Position numbers and translations under genes: made by a program
Notes under the pieces: generated by a model
What the model saw: the letters and a program-made list of their open reading frames with translations, nothing else
What the model was told of the DNA's origin: nothing
Databases searched by the model: none
NCBI GenBank assembly: GCA_030704615.1
Contig: CM060731.1
Coordinates: forward strand, 59,024,001 to 59,088,000
DNA length: 64,000 bases
Source of the DNA: Takakia lepidozioides
Lineage: Eukaryota; Plantae; Bryophyta
Direction: 5' to 3'
Part shown: in pieces, positions 51,702 through 64,000 of the stretch
How the letters are laid out: each line of letters opens with the position of its first letter
How positions within the stretch are numbered: the first letter of the stretch is position 1

Positions 51702-52201
51702 TGTAAGATGGAGTATTCCACCTGTTGCAGATACTCTTCTGTTCGTTGGCTAGATGAAAAAGCAGGGTGGTTGGTGAAGCTAATTAAATGTGCCTAATGT
51801 TAGCCTAGGCCCTTGTCTCATTCCAACAGTAACCTAATCTGACAGGGTGGCTGCTGATGTGTGGAAGAAACTTAAAACAATCATGGCAGCCAATAAGAGA
51901 CCACCATTTGCCATTTCAGATTAGCCCTTTCCTTAATATAAAAAGCGGCTGACTTATGCCAAACGCAAGATGTTTTAGGTGATGATAAGAGTGTACCTGG
52001 ATGAGCATGCTGTTTTGGATGTGTTGCACTTGATGCCCCTGCATGTGAGCATGTGATTTGATTGGCCCACTTGTGGGGCTCCTCTAGCAAGGGATCCTTC
52101 CCATTTAGCTTGGCGTGCTTTACTAGCTAACTTCCCCGCTTCAGCACCCAAACTCGTAGAGGATAAAGGAATATCCCCCGGGTAGAGAAATTGGTCTTAC
52201 A
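51702..52201 (+). repeat. 3' LTR of C with extra terminal GGTCTTACA
   Basis: Matches the 5' LTR up to GAAATT (52192); 52193-52201 is absent from the 5' LTR. Confidence 0.93.
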
Positions 52202-55059
52202 ATGTAGCTTTCATTGAAGGTAGAACCCAAGACCCCCTGAAGATAAAGATAAAGATAAGTTTCTTTAACGTCGAGTGAATTTACTGAGCCTACTGCTCAA
52301 CACACAGGCCATCGAGGGCCCAATGGACGGTTTGAAGGCACATGTTGAAGGATTGAACCCGGGATCACCTAGGCCTGAAGAGTAAGCCAACCTACAGGCC
52401 TGCATGCAACACGCAACTGACAGCCCACAATTCAGGCCCTTGAGGAGGGGGAAAAATAACCCCCTTTCATTTATGGGCCATGGAGGCACATCGGATGATA
52501 CGCCACAAACAATCCCCACAGGGAGCAGGGCAGCGGCTTTGAACCTTGAACCACCAAGGTGACGCATTGTGCACTTAACTTACCAGCCGATGTGCTTGTA
52601 CATTTCCTTTGTAATTTTTACCTTTCTTTTGACAGGCCATTTTCTTTTTTGCCTTTCTCTGTGACAGGCAATTTTTTGTTTTTGCCTTTCTTTTGACAGG
52701 CCGTTTTTCTTTTTTTCTTTTTTTTTCCTGTCAAATGCCTTGTGACAGGTGCAAAATCAGCCTTGACCGGGAGGGACAAGACTTCTGATAAAGAATGGCC
52801 CATGGCTTGAGCACCTTGAGCTGGGTCATCTGGCCTTCACCATAGTTTTGATTCGACAAAAAGGCCATTGGATAATGTGGATGATGGCCCTTGAAGAAGA
52901 AAGAAATCGTAGCTTAGCAATCCACAATTATTCTTCATAGTTTTCAATGATGTTTTGGCTGTCGGTTTCTTCGCACTTCATTCAAGAGCCCATTTCAAAA
53001 ACCCAGTGTTGTGCGAAAGCGTGTAGGTAGGTCCCCTAGCTGAAAGCAAACACAACAAGGACTGTTACCACCAACATGTGAGAAACACAGATCGGTTCAA
53101 CAACGATCACAGTTGGCATCCTGTACTACTATGTACTATGTGAGAGATTCATTCAAACCTTACTTGATAGGGGGACTTCAACTGAAGCCCCTCCAGACTC
53201 TAAAGTGACGATTTCCAACACGTTCTTCACATTAAAATGTCAAGCGACATTGTAGGGTTTAAAGTTCCAACGTTCAAACTTTCACACCAGAGAGCTCTGT
53301 TACCTATGTCAGTCAAGAGAAGAATATGGGGGGATTGATGATAGTACTAGAGCGCCCGGTGATCAGTGATAGCTTTGAACTTGAAAGAAGATAGACAAGT
53401 CCTGGCAATTTGAATCTCGACCCAGAAAGAAGATGAACGAATTTGAATTGTTGTCCCAAAATAGGTCCTGACTTCATTCTGTACGCAGAAGGGTATAAGC
53501 CAGGAGTCGTCTGCGCACGACACGTCACATACCATAGGGGGCGCGTTTTTAGTTCGTCCACAGCCTCTGCACTATCAATGTTTGGTTTCTTGCTCATTGT
53601 TGGGCCCACTACTTCATGATAGCCAGTTGCTGATCAGCTATTTATATGCCTGTTCATGTGCACTGGCTCAAGTAAATGGCAGTTCCCTGATTTTTGGTAA
53701 TCAACTTCTAAGTATTCGCTGCATGCATCCAGAGTGTGACTGATGTACTCTGGGCATCAAGTCAGCTCATTTCCTGACTGAATGCGCAGTTGCTGCTTGT
53801 GTGGCACTGTGTTCAGAAAGATGATGAGCGGAATTGGGACTCTAGAATGCTGTCGATCAATTTTAGCAGGCTGGGTACCTGGAGGAATATTATTTGCAAC
53901 CCCGGAGCGTCATAGCCATGTCGTGACATCTCAATGTTAAGTTTCAAAGTTGAATCTTGATCCAGCTGTGTATCATGCACTGTTAAGGATGTCGTGTGAC
54001 GAAGCTTTTCATACAGATGGGCTATTCGCTGAAGCTTCGCTGGGAAAAAACTGCTCGGAAATTGAGAGTCGCAACGTGCCTACAATTTTAGTCTAAAGTT
54101 GGACTTTGCTGTTTTGCGACAGGTGTACTGAACCCCTACGAAGTCAAAAGTACAGTGGAAGAGCCCCACAGTGCACACAGTTACAATCGGGATCGAAATT
54201 AAACTAGTCGAGCATGCCCACAATTCAAGTAGTGCCTATGCTAATTCCACGATCACCGCCGGAACCCAGCTGATCAGTTGAGGGTCATCGACTTTACATG
54301 AGGAGAAAATGACATCGTGCTGAACTGACAAGTTGAAGTCAAAATCTGTCGCTTGCAGCAGATTTAGACACAAATTAGTTAGGTACTACCTCGATGGAGA
54401 ACAGCCATAGCAACATCAACAGAACTGGGCAGAAGATAATGAAGGTTACTGTTCTCTCCCTCGTTCTTTCCCACAAATCTGGCGAAAATCACGGAAAGAC
54501 GGTAGACAGAACTGGGGATGATTGCAAGGAGCAGCGATAAGACGTGGGAGACTACGAAGATTTCTCAGGGAGGAGGGCAATTCACGCGCAAGAGAAACCA
54601 GCCAGGGGGGTTGCTAGCCATCGGGAAAAAGAGCGTCGTGAGCTCGGGTCTCCCGCCCTTGTTCACGCATTCCTGGAGCATCCCCACCCTTACACTGAAC
54701 CCAGCACGCCAACGGAACTTTCAGGGTATGTGGGCGGGAAAACGTGCACCGAACCCTATATCCCACAAAAATCGGGGCACTGCATATTGTTCCGTGCCCC
54801 GAACCCCAGCGCCATATTCAGGGCCCGAATACGCCCCTGAATCCAAGTGAACGTGACCAGCCCCATGTCTAGCGCGTGCGTGTCCGCATCTTGGTAGCGA
54901 CCACCCCCCTTCCTTCCTGCCAATGGGAGGCCAGGTGTGCGGAGATAGGCTGGGCAATTCAGGGGCAAGGGTGTGCCAGAGTGGGGGCTGCCTCGCCACA
55001 GAACCTAATTTTGGCATTACAGGGAGTCTTTGGGGCTCAAGGGTGGGATACTCTTAAAG

Positions 55060-55407
55060 GGTGGAACGGCCTCATCAACTGACCCTCCCCTATGTGTAGA
55101 GGTTTTGTTCCTTGAGTTATGATACCATATTGAGGAAAGAGGATTGTATAGAAGCTTTCCACCCAACCATAGAAGCACACAGCATAAACAACTTATTTGT
55201 GGCTTCACCCCAGCAGTAGTAACTTAGTAAGTAGTAAGAGACAAGGGGCCTCTCCTTTATATACCCTCATAGGGCGGTGGGACCCTTCTAAAAGGCCCTT
55301 GGACACATGTCACCCCTAAAAACCTCTTACCCAAATTTGGCGCATGAACCATCCCAATTTTAATACTTCTCACATTGTACCTTCTTCTTACTTACCCCCT
55401 TACATCA
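55060..55407 (-). mobile_element. LTR end, tRNA-Met-type PBS, very short internal region and PPT (TRIM-like junction)
   Basis: Minus strand ...TCCTCA-ATA-TGGTATCA (55120-55127) ... TAGGGGAGGG-TCAGT-TGATGAGG. Confidence 0.45.
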
Positions 55408-55553
55408 CGGTTATTAATGCAAATCCTTGGTTAGCTTACCATAAGCCTCGCTTTGTAATTCTTGGACCACTATCTAATATGTAATTCCTGGACCACTCTC
55501 TAATGCAGAGGGCCCACACAAAACTTAGGGGACTTACGGTGTCTCTTGATCCC

Positions 55554-55724
55554 TATATATATATATATGACGACTCCAGAAGGAAGCATAAATTATGGAG
55601 TCTCTTCACCCCCAAAGGGTTACTACCTTCCGCAGGAAGGTCCTTCGTGACACCAATCGGTGGATTGAACCCACAACCACTTCCGAGGTGGTATGTGCCC
55701 ATTACCATTGGGCTACAACTTGGT
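55554..55724 (-). mobile_element. tRNA-derived SINE; further copies at about 56194-56334 and 56660-56752
   Basis: Minus-strand box A TAGCCCAATGG and box B GGTTCAATCC, TA-rich tail; three related copies. Confidence 0.7.
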
Positions 55725-55733
55725 TGTATTGAC

Positions 55734-56642
55734 CAGTGTTGTGCGGGTTCTGCCTTTTTAAGGAACCCGCCGGGTCCGGGTGCGGATTTTTTTTCGGAGC
55801 CAAGTCTGGGTCCGGATCCGGGTTTTTGAAATTTGGAAAATCCGGGTCCGGGTTTGTCAACACGGACTCGGGTCAGGGTCCGGGTAGTTGTTGGGAAATA
55901 CGGGTTCGGATCCGGGTCCTAATTTATTGATTAAATAAATTAGAAAAATAAGATTAATTAGGGATAAAATTATTTCTGGCTGGAAAAAACTTTAAATCCT
56001 AATAATAAATTTTATTTTAAGAGACATTCCTTCAAAATATACCATGAATATGAATATGTATACCACGAATAAGAATTAAAATAGAAGTTTGAGTTCCATT
56101 TTCTGTTTTTCAATATCAATTCTTTAAATATGTTAAGAATAGGAATATGCCTCAAGGGTAGATCACTATAGCATGGATGTGTGGGATCTGGCCTAATAAT
56201 AATATATGATGCCTCCTTTGGGAGGTGTAAATTATGGTCCCATATGGCACAACTTTGTGACACCACTCTGTGGATTGAACCCACAATCGCTTTTGAGGTG
56301 GTATGTGGGCATTACCACTGGGCTACAACGTGGTGGGGTTGGCTGCTGCTGTGGCCTATTGCTGCTGGTCCCCTCCACACATATGACAAAATCTACCAAA
56401 TCTAAGGTGGACCACGCATGCCCCATCTAAATTTAAGACCTAAATTTAAGACCCAGACCCTGACCCACTACATTGGCCCGCGGGTAGTGGGTTTAACGGG
56501 TTCTGGACCCAGCGGGCGGGTCCGGTTCGGGTTCATTTTAACCCGGGTAGGCTCCGGGATTTTTGTGATAGCACGGGTCCGGGTAACCCGGATCTTAACC
56601 AGCCAGGTACCCGGCTTCAAAACCCGGACCCGCACAACACTG
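55734..56642. mobile_element. non-autonomous hAT-like TIR element
   Basis: 15-bp TIR CAGTGTTGTGCGGGT / ACCCGCACAACACTG; dense subterminal CCGGGT/ACCCGG motifs; degenerate 8-bp TSD (GTATTGAC vs GTCTTTGAC). Confidence 0.78.
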
Positions 56643-59600
56643 GTCTTTGACCCCCCAAGGATTATTGACTTCCATAGGAAAGTGAACACCTTTGCTACAA
56701 TTGCCCACGGCTTCCGAGGTGATATGTGCCCATTATAAGTCAACTACAACTTTGTTGTCCAAACTTTACATACAACAAACACTAGGGCTACGTTTTTTAT
56801 TGGAAATATATTTTATGTAAAAAATACTATGAGCAACGTCTAACATGAGGTCGTTTTGAGTCATGGTACCTTTGGGTCTGTTTGAGTCTTTTTGGGGGCT
56901 ATGGATGCAGTCGATGGTACATGATGAATAGTCTATTGATAAGGTGATGGTAATGAAGGAGATGAGGTGCAACGTTGATACTTGATGGGTGGTAGTGTCA
57001 ACCTTGGCTTCTATGGTTTGTGTCATCCGGCCTTCTTCTATGTAACCCTTCCAAATCTATTTTAAACTTGGCCAAATTTGGACTTGGTCACATTTCGAGA
57101 CCAAATGTGAGTTATACCAAGTGGAGTTACACTCCCTGCCGTGTAACCTCAAGTGGAATTACACTCCCCACTGGGTAACCCGTCTGGAATTTACACTCCA
57201 TCTCTCAAGAGAGGTCGGGGATAGTTTTGCCTGTTTGCAATAATAATTTTTTTACGTGTCTTCGTTACGCCGGCTTCTGCCGGAGTCTTCTCTCTCTCTT
57301 TTATGTATTAATGGTGTTGATAATCATTTCATTTTTAATATGATTTTGTTTGATTTTATTTATGTGTGACTATAATGTATTTAATATTCTACATTTTTAA
57401 TAGTCCAAAATATAGACGAGAGATAAAGATACAATATTAAGGGTTTTGATGTTTTATTAACTATTACCAGGATCACATTTATATGTCATATTATAAAACA
57501 ATTAGTAAATTGAAATGTGTTTATCACAAAATCAAAGTAATTTGGAAGTGCTATAGCATTTACATTGAATATGTGAAGAAACGAAAGAAAGATAAAGTTT
57601 CTTTAACGTCCAATGAAAGAAAGAAAGAAATATTATAGCAGATTTAACAAAAATAATCAATTATCCAGCAAGGTCAAAACTTGGAAGCTAAGATTCAAAT
57701 CCTTGATAATCTCTTCTACGCTCTTCCGCGAGGACTTAGCCTATTTGACATGGCGATCCTACTTCCAAGATATAGAGTCAAAAAAATCTGATGTTGAACA
57801 TATGTTGCAACTGACCCCACCATCTGAATTTAACGAATTCATCTGGAGAGCTTAAGGTAGGGATGCCAAACTCACCCAGACGAGCCGCATTGGCTGTTTT
57901 GGAGCATGCTGACATGCACTCCTTAAGCCCGCCGCCCCCCCCCCCCCCCCCACTTGAATGGATTCTAACGACTTAGCCTGGCTGGGATTATCAACCCATT
58001 GTGTAGATGTGTACCCAGGGAATAATGCAACAAAGCATGGTTGTTTTAACCTCAGAGATGATCCCTCTACAACGGAAAATTTTAGTGAGACCCTGATGTT
58101 GGCCTTAAAAAATGGTGCCATAACAAATCTTAACCAAAAATCCCCAAATTTGGTCAGAAAATCTGAGTAGGTGTCCTTGAGAATCTGAAAATTTACAGAT
58201 CCATCAAAGCGAAAAAAAACATCTCCGAACGTCGTTTTGCATTGAACCATCGTGTATGAAGTCTGTTATTTCTTTGGAAAAAATCCTAATTGTGGTGTTT
58301 TGTGGATCTTTGATCTCAAGCCACTGGATTACTAATCTTTGGAGTCACTTCCAACTAAATCTACATCATCGGTTTAGCCAACGCCTCGCTTCGAAGTCGT
58401 CCCGACTTGTCATTGGTCCGATGCAGCAAACTATTGTTTTGTGATATTCCATCATTATAAAGAAAAATATATCAATAATTTTGTCATGCTACTATCATCT
58501 ATGTGGACCTATGCCTAGACAAGAGAAAATGGAGACCAAATAGGTTGCAAGTCCAATAAACAGAACTGTCTCTCATATTGTGACAGATCCAATATGTTGT
58601 TATTGGTATCGACTTGACAACCTAGAATTTGTTCTTGGCCAATCTTGGCATTCCAACCACAAGAGAGCCAAGAACACTGTAGTGTGAAAAAGAAATGACA
58701 TAAATTTCTTCTAATGCATACATGTTTAGATGTATAACCAGACAACTAGGTCTAAGCTCATGACATAATCTCAAGTAATGTTATCTCTGCAGCTTCTTAC
58801 GGTCATCTTGCAGATGTCAGAAATTCATCTCCATGGTCATCTCAGTCACCGTCTAATTTCCTAAATGCTTTATCAACGATTTTTGAATAACTAACAAATT
58901 GTAATGTTTTGGCAATGCAACATTTAAACTGTTTGCCTAAGGATAAAAGAACGACCGAAAAAAAACATGTAGCCATAAGGTCACAGAAATTGGTCTTTCA
59001 CAGACCACTACAATTCTGGTCTACAACCCTCAATTAAGTGTTTCAAAATTGCGACGTTTTGGGTATGACGACAGTGCAATAGCCTATCGTCACAATCCAC
59101 GTCTGTGGTCGAGGGTCACAGACCTCATCTGCAACCTATCTACAACGGCTGAGCTGTCGCCAATCCCCCCTATACACTATAGTGCCCCCCTCCACCCCCC
59201 TCAACCCCCCGGATTAGTTTAAGGGCCAACGCCTTCCACATCCATCTACAAACACTGCCCCACCCCCCGTGTTGACTACGTCTCTCTCATCTTCAGAAGA
59301 CGACGTTAAGGCTTGAAGGGGGTGCAATGTTGTCATGGAGAGAAGCAGATAACTATTTTACATGTTTTGGAGTTAAGACACACAAGGGACTTCATAGAAA
59401 ACAAAATCTTTACTGAAGGCTCTGGCTGTTTTCAACAAAAGTATTGGGTTGCAGCTATAACTCTGGCTGCATGGAAACTAGGCTCTGAAATGAAACATCA
59501 TGGCCTGGCTTTGATGGATCAGAAGATAGACCTTGTCTGATAACAAACATTCTTCAAGGCTCTCATATCACTGTGATTTCATTGCATGATATGGGATAGG

Positions 59601-60703
59601 GGTTTCTGAGTTCCTTTCTTTAACTGGCAGAGCTTTTATGAGGCCCTGGAATACCACTCCAGACCCATATCTGCTTGAGGGTACTCCGCCCTGTGTTTTA
59701 TGTTGTTAGAAGTCTTGCCTATGACTTGGCACTGAAGCACCTTCAGACCTGGCCCCATCATAATTTTGATTTTCAAGACTTGCTTGCTGGTAGGTGTTGT
59801 GTGCTTCTTACCTTCTACCTTGGCAGGGTTTTGATCATGAAGTCCTGGAATTCCATTCCAGACCTGCAGCTCCTTACAAAGACTCAAATAAGCCATGTCA
59901 TTGCATGTAATGTTTGCTCATATGTTTGCAATGCTATGATATCTTCAGGCTGGCTGTTTTTTTAGGAAGGTGACTTCTTCAAAAACTGGATTCTAAAACA
60001 GTAACCTTTATGGTTCAGCAAGTAGCCTAGCATGGCAGTTTTAAATACTTCTTCATGGCCTAAACCTGGTCATGATACACCTTGCTAGGTGTAGAGATAT
60101 TCTTACTTAGATAAAAACTAAGCAAGAATGACACTTGTTGCTTGAAGGGCTTGGTTCTGGAGATTAGCTCCAGACCTGCAATCTGGTTTCTGAAATGAAG
60201 GTACAATCTGCAAGTATAAGGGGAATTTTTTTATCAAACCATGGTGCTTTCATGATATAATTGACTTGGAATTTTGAGTTACTTATTTTTTACCCTGGCA
60301 GAGCTGTTTATGAGGCCCTGGAATACCAATCCAGGCCTGCATATGCGTGAAAAAACTCAGCCCCGTTTCTACTTTATGAATCTTGCATGTGTCTTGGCAC
60401 TGATAGATCAGTTTCAAGCTAACACAGGATGCCTTTTTAGGAAGATGAATGGCTCAAGAACTGGAGTATGTAAAGCTTGACACATGTCAATAAAAAATTA
60501 GGAATCATTATGTCAACAGGCAAATGCTTAAGACATGTATGGCTTGCTGTTTCAATTGCAATTTAAAATACTATGTGCTTGGCTCTCGAGATTTATCTCC
60601 AGACCTGCAATCTGGTTTTTGAAATGATGTTACAATCGGCAAGTATGGTGGTGATCGTTGTATGTCAAACTATGGTGCTTTCATAATATGATTGACCAAG
60701 AAT

Positions 60704-61138
60704 CCCACCCTCCCACCCTTATTTTTCAGATACCCTGAAATGTAATGGGATATTCAAATGAGATGGTAAACATGGAAGTGGTTGTTAGATGGTGCCCTGT
60801 AAAGGGCTGCTTTGTCTTTCAATGACAATGACCTTAGTGGTCTTGTCCATGTCTTGACATGACATGTATATCTTCCCTCTCTCTTTTTAAAATTTTCTAC
60901 CCCCTCTCTCCCTCTGTGGGTTTTTTTTTTGTGAGCAGCACACAAGAGAAGAGAGAGAGAGAGAGAGAGAAGATACTCATGTCATGTCAAGACATGGACA
61001 AGACCCACTAGGGTCATTGTTCATTAAAGACATAAATAGCCCATAAACAGGGCACCATCTAACATTTCCATTCTTGTCATGACTTCCCAATTGATTTCAC
61101 CCAATCATTCATGATAAAAGAGGGTGGGATGGTGGGGT
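60704..61138. repeat. long inverted repeat (foldback MITE-like)
   Basis: Core arms TGTTAGATGGTGCCCTGT...CATGTCTTGACATGACATG (from 60783) and their reverse complement (to 61064); weaker outer arms. Confidence 0.82.
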
Positions 61139-61229
61139 TTGTTTACGTACAGGTCATGACAACAAGACAAGCATATAAGCAAGCATCTTGTGTACTGAAA
61201 AATCAGATTGCTGCAGCATGTTCAAATTC

Positions 61230-61900
61230 TTGTAAGTAACCCAAGACATGCACCATACAAGGCTCCTTGGGTAGGTAAGAACAGCCTGCCCTGCTGCAGA
61301 TTCAAGGTATTTCATACAAGCACCTTGAAGGACCAACCTGCAACTTACCAGATTTCAAACATGCAACCAAGTAATCTTCTTGGGCATGACAAAACATATT
61401 GCAGCTTCACTCTTTGCCATTTGTAAGTACCCCAAGACATGCATCATGCAAGGCTCCTTGGGTAGGTAAAAACAACCTGTTCTACTACAGATTCAGGATA
61501 TGTTCATACAAGTACCTTGAAGGACCAGCCTGCAATGAATCAGATTTCAAGCATGCAACCAAGTAAACTTCTTGGGCAAGACAAACCATATTGCAGCTTC
61601 ACACTTGGCCAATTGTAAGTACCCCAAGACATGCATCGTGCAAGGCCTCTTGGGTAGGTAAGAACACCCTGCCATTGAACAGATTCAAGACCTGTGTACA
61701 CAAGCATCTTGATGGACCAACCTGCAATTTATCAGACTTCAAACATGCAACCAAGTGACCCACTTGGGCATGACAAGACAGACTGCAACTTCATTCTACA
61801 CCATGTACAGTTGCCCCAATATATGCATCATGTAAGACATTTTGGCATGGAAGAAAGGCCTGCCATGTTACAGCTTCAAGATATGGACACACATACACTT
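61230..61900 (+). repeat. about 191-bp tandem repeat, about 3.5 diverged copies
   Basis: TTGTAAGTA.CCCAAGACATGCA at 61230, 61421, 61613 and about 61803. Confidence 0.85.
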
Positions 61901-62781
61901 TGAGTGCCCGAGACCAAGCCCACTTGGCCAAAAAAATAAATCATACAATGCAGGTGGCTGTTCACATGGCAAAATGAGGTAACTAATCCTCTATCATTTG
62001 TATTGTGTGAAGTTGTTATGACCTCTCAGAGAAGATGTTTTAGCACTCGGTTTTGGCAGGTCTGACAGTCCTACCATGTGTTTACCATGTAAAATTTCCT
62101 ACTCTGGTATTTGCAGGGAGGAGGTGATGATGAGGAAGAGTAGCAGGCTGGTCAGCAAACAAGAGCAAAATCAACTAGTTAGTAACTGGGTACATCCTCC
62201 CAGAAACTATGGAACATGTACATCTATGTTGATCTGGATATTCCTAGTCCTCACACACTCTTATAAGGCCCACCCCTGAAAAGGGGCTTTAAGCAGATGT
62301 GGGCTCTTAGTTACGCTGGCTGTGGCCAGTCTCCTCTTTTGAATGGGTATTGAACTCCTTGGTAGGTTTTCCCCCCGTACTTTGCTCAGTAAATCACTGG
62401 ATGCCAAACTTTGTTTTCCCTTCTCTCAAGTTGGTTTTACTATAACTTCGCTCAGTCTCGTGTCAAATTCCAATTCTGAGGGCAGAATTAGAGCTTACCA
62501 CCACTGTTTCCCAGGAGGCTAATGCCATGTTTTGCAAAAAGAACCTCAATATACTCATTCCACATCAAATCTAGGCCTGAAAGAGGCATGTCATTGCCTT
62601 ATCAGGCTGCCATCTTTAAAAAAAACCAGGCCTCCTCTTCCTTAGAACTTATCAGCCACTGATGCCTTTACCCTTAAACGATCATTCCTCTTTTAAGGCC
62701 AAAATTGTATAAGTCTGAAAATCCACAGGCAATGCTGTCAAAGATTCAAGACAGGGTAAGATTCAGATGGGGGATGCTGAA

Positions 62782-63200
62782 GCGTGAGCACGTGAGCGCG
62801 TGAGCGCAGCCACGCTCACGCCACATCAGCAGTTCTTGCCACCTAGGCGGCCGCATCTGACTCCATGTCATCACACCCTGCCAGCTTGGTAGATGCCACG
62901 TCACGGCAGGTTGACGTCATTTCCATAGGCAGCGACCTATAACCGAGGGCCGAAAAGGTGGAAGGGGGTCCATAGCCGCGGAATTGCGCATTCGGCTCAA
63001 AGGGAACATATGTGGGCGATGTTGTTGAATGATTATGTTTGCAGAGACCGTATATACAATGGTTGTGGATGAATTCATGAGGATGATAGACAGTGAATGT
63101 GGATGCCACGTTGCGAATGAGGATGGATGTGGATGAGTAGTTATGGATGAATGTGGATGAAATCCAATGGATGAATGAGAGAGGATGAATGAGCAATGAG
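62782..63200 (+). repeat. transposon-terminus-like GTGAGC iterations followed by a GGATGA-rich tract; related to 20797-20950
   Basis: GTGAGCGYGTGAGCG...GCTCAC and CCTATAACCG at both loci. Confidence 0.5.
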
Positions 63201-64000
63201 AGAATCCCTCATGAAGCACATGATAAGATTTAACCAATGTCTGCCATATGGGGAAAGGTCGACCTATGAAACCTATGTAGAATAAGACAACACAGCAGAT
63301 GCCAGGCACATATTCCATTCTTTGATATTTTCCCACTGGTTACTGGAGCATTTTCCATGTGCAGCACGCTTCACTTTTGTTTTAATCTTCAGTGTCGACA
63401 CCTAGTGAGCCATTTGAGTACCACACTGGAGGAATGCACCATATCTCCACACTGAAGTGGCTGTGGACTATCAATGCGACCTAGCCGCCTTGCTAGTGAG
63501 GTACAATGTGCTAATATCTGTCGATAGAGCACCAACATTTTCAAGCTTATTCATTAGTTGTAAGCATACCCATTAAAGTTGTGCATGAGGAGTTCGAGGT
63601 CTTTCACATTGTGGAACAATATCATGACGAAACCACTTGGCAGCACATGCATACTCTTCTTGTTTTACCCATAACCAATTGTAGGCATCAGTGTCGTGCC
63701 CTTCATCTAGCGCTGAAGCCAATAGTGCATACATAATGCAGCCATAAGGCTTGCACCTAAAACGTGTGCTCAAAATGACTAAGTGAAGACATAATGTACA
63801 CTGCAGCAATCCTCAGGGATTACGGTAGACATCACCTCAAAGACTGCTGCTGGTATCTCAACATACCAAAATCAGATTGCCCATGGTATGAGTTGCAGAC
63901 ACGGAACCAGAACGACAATGCCAAGTCCTTGGCTCCTCTAACAGACAGGGAACTGCATGACAGAAACCTACGAAACCTCGCTGAGAAGGAACCTGCAGCC

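Larger units (their letters stand above)
38979..52201 (+). mobile_element. Ty3/gypsy element C with both LTRs, a dUTPase-like domain and two nested inserts
   Basis: Ends TGTAAGA...TCTTACA; 4-bp TSD ATGT at 38975-38978 and 52202-52205; gag-PR-DUT-RT-RH-IN order. Confidence 0.94.

Noticed and set aside
53313-53609. Coding-like fragment
   Set aside because: No family recognised and no supportable gene model.
55660-55724. tRNA gene
   Set aside because: Box A and B are present, but there is no convincing cloverleaf; diverged copies with AT-rich tails indicate a SINE.
63350-63900. Possible hAT transposase C-terminal remnant on the minus strand
   Set aside because: The resemblance is too degenerate to support by eye.

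Overview
Repeat-dense eukaryotic nuclear DNA, most likely from a seed-free land plant (inferred from PLS-type PPR remnants and plant tRNA-matching primer-binding sites). No intact host gene is recognisable. 1-20.8 kb is a nest of Ty3/gypsy LTR retrotransposons: two oppositely oriented copies of one family (A, A'), a host element (H), and a complete-ended element B (10783-18937; TSD CTGAC; tRNA-Gly PBS). B carries an archaeal-type RNase H upstream of gag. 20.8-34.2 kb holds DNA-transposon-like debris: a SWIM zinc-finger pseudogene, about 4 kb of arrays built on a GGAAATTCGGCGCCGAATTTCC-type palindrome, and a spliced ParB/Srx-fold gene next to a 500-N gap. 38979-52201 is a second complete-ended gypsy element (C) with a 4-bp TSD, tRNA-Ala PBS, an extra 5' ORF and a dUTPase-like domain. 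Its LTR ends look circularly permuted around a perfect palindrome (TCTTACA-TA-TGTAAGA), as expected if it integrated from a 2-LTR circle. The rest contains SINE copies, MITEs, a long hairpin and tandem repeats. All calls are by eye; no database searches were run.
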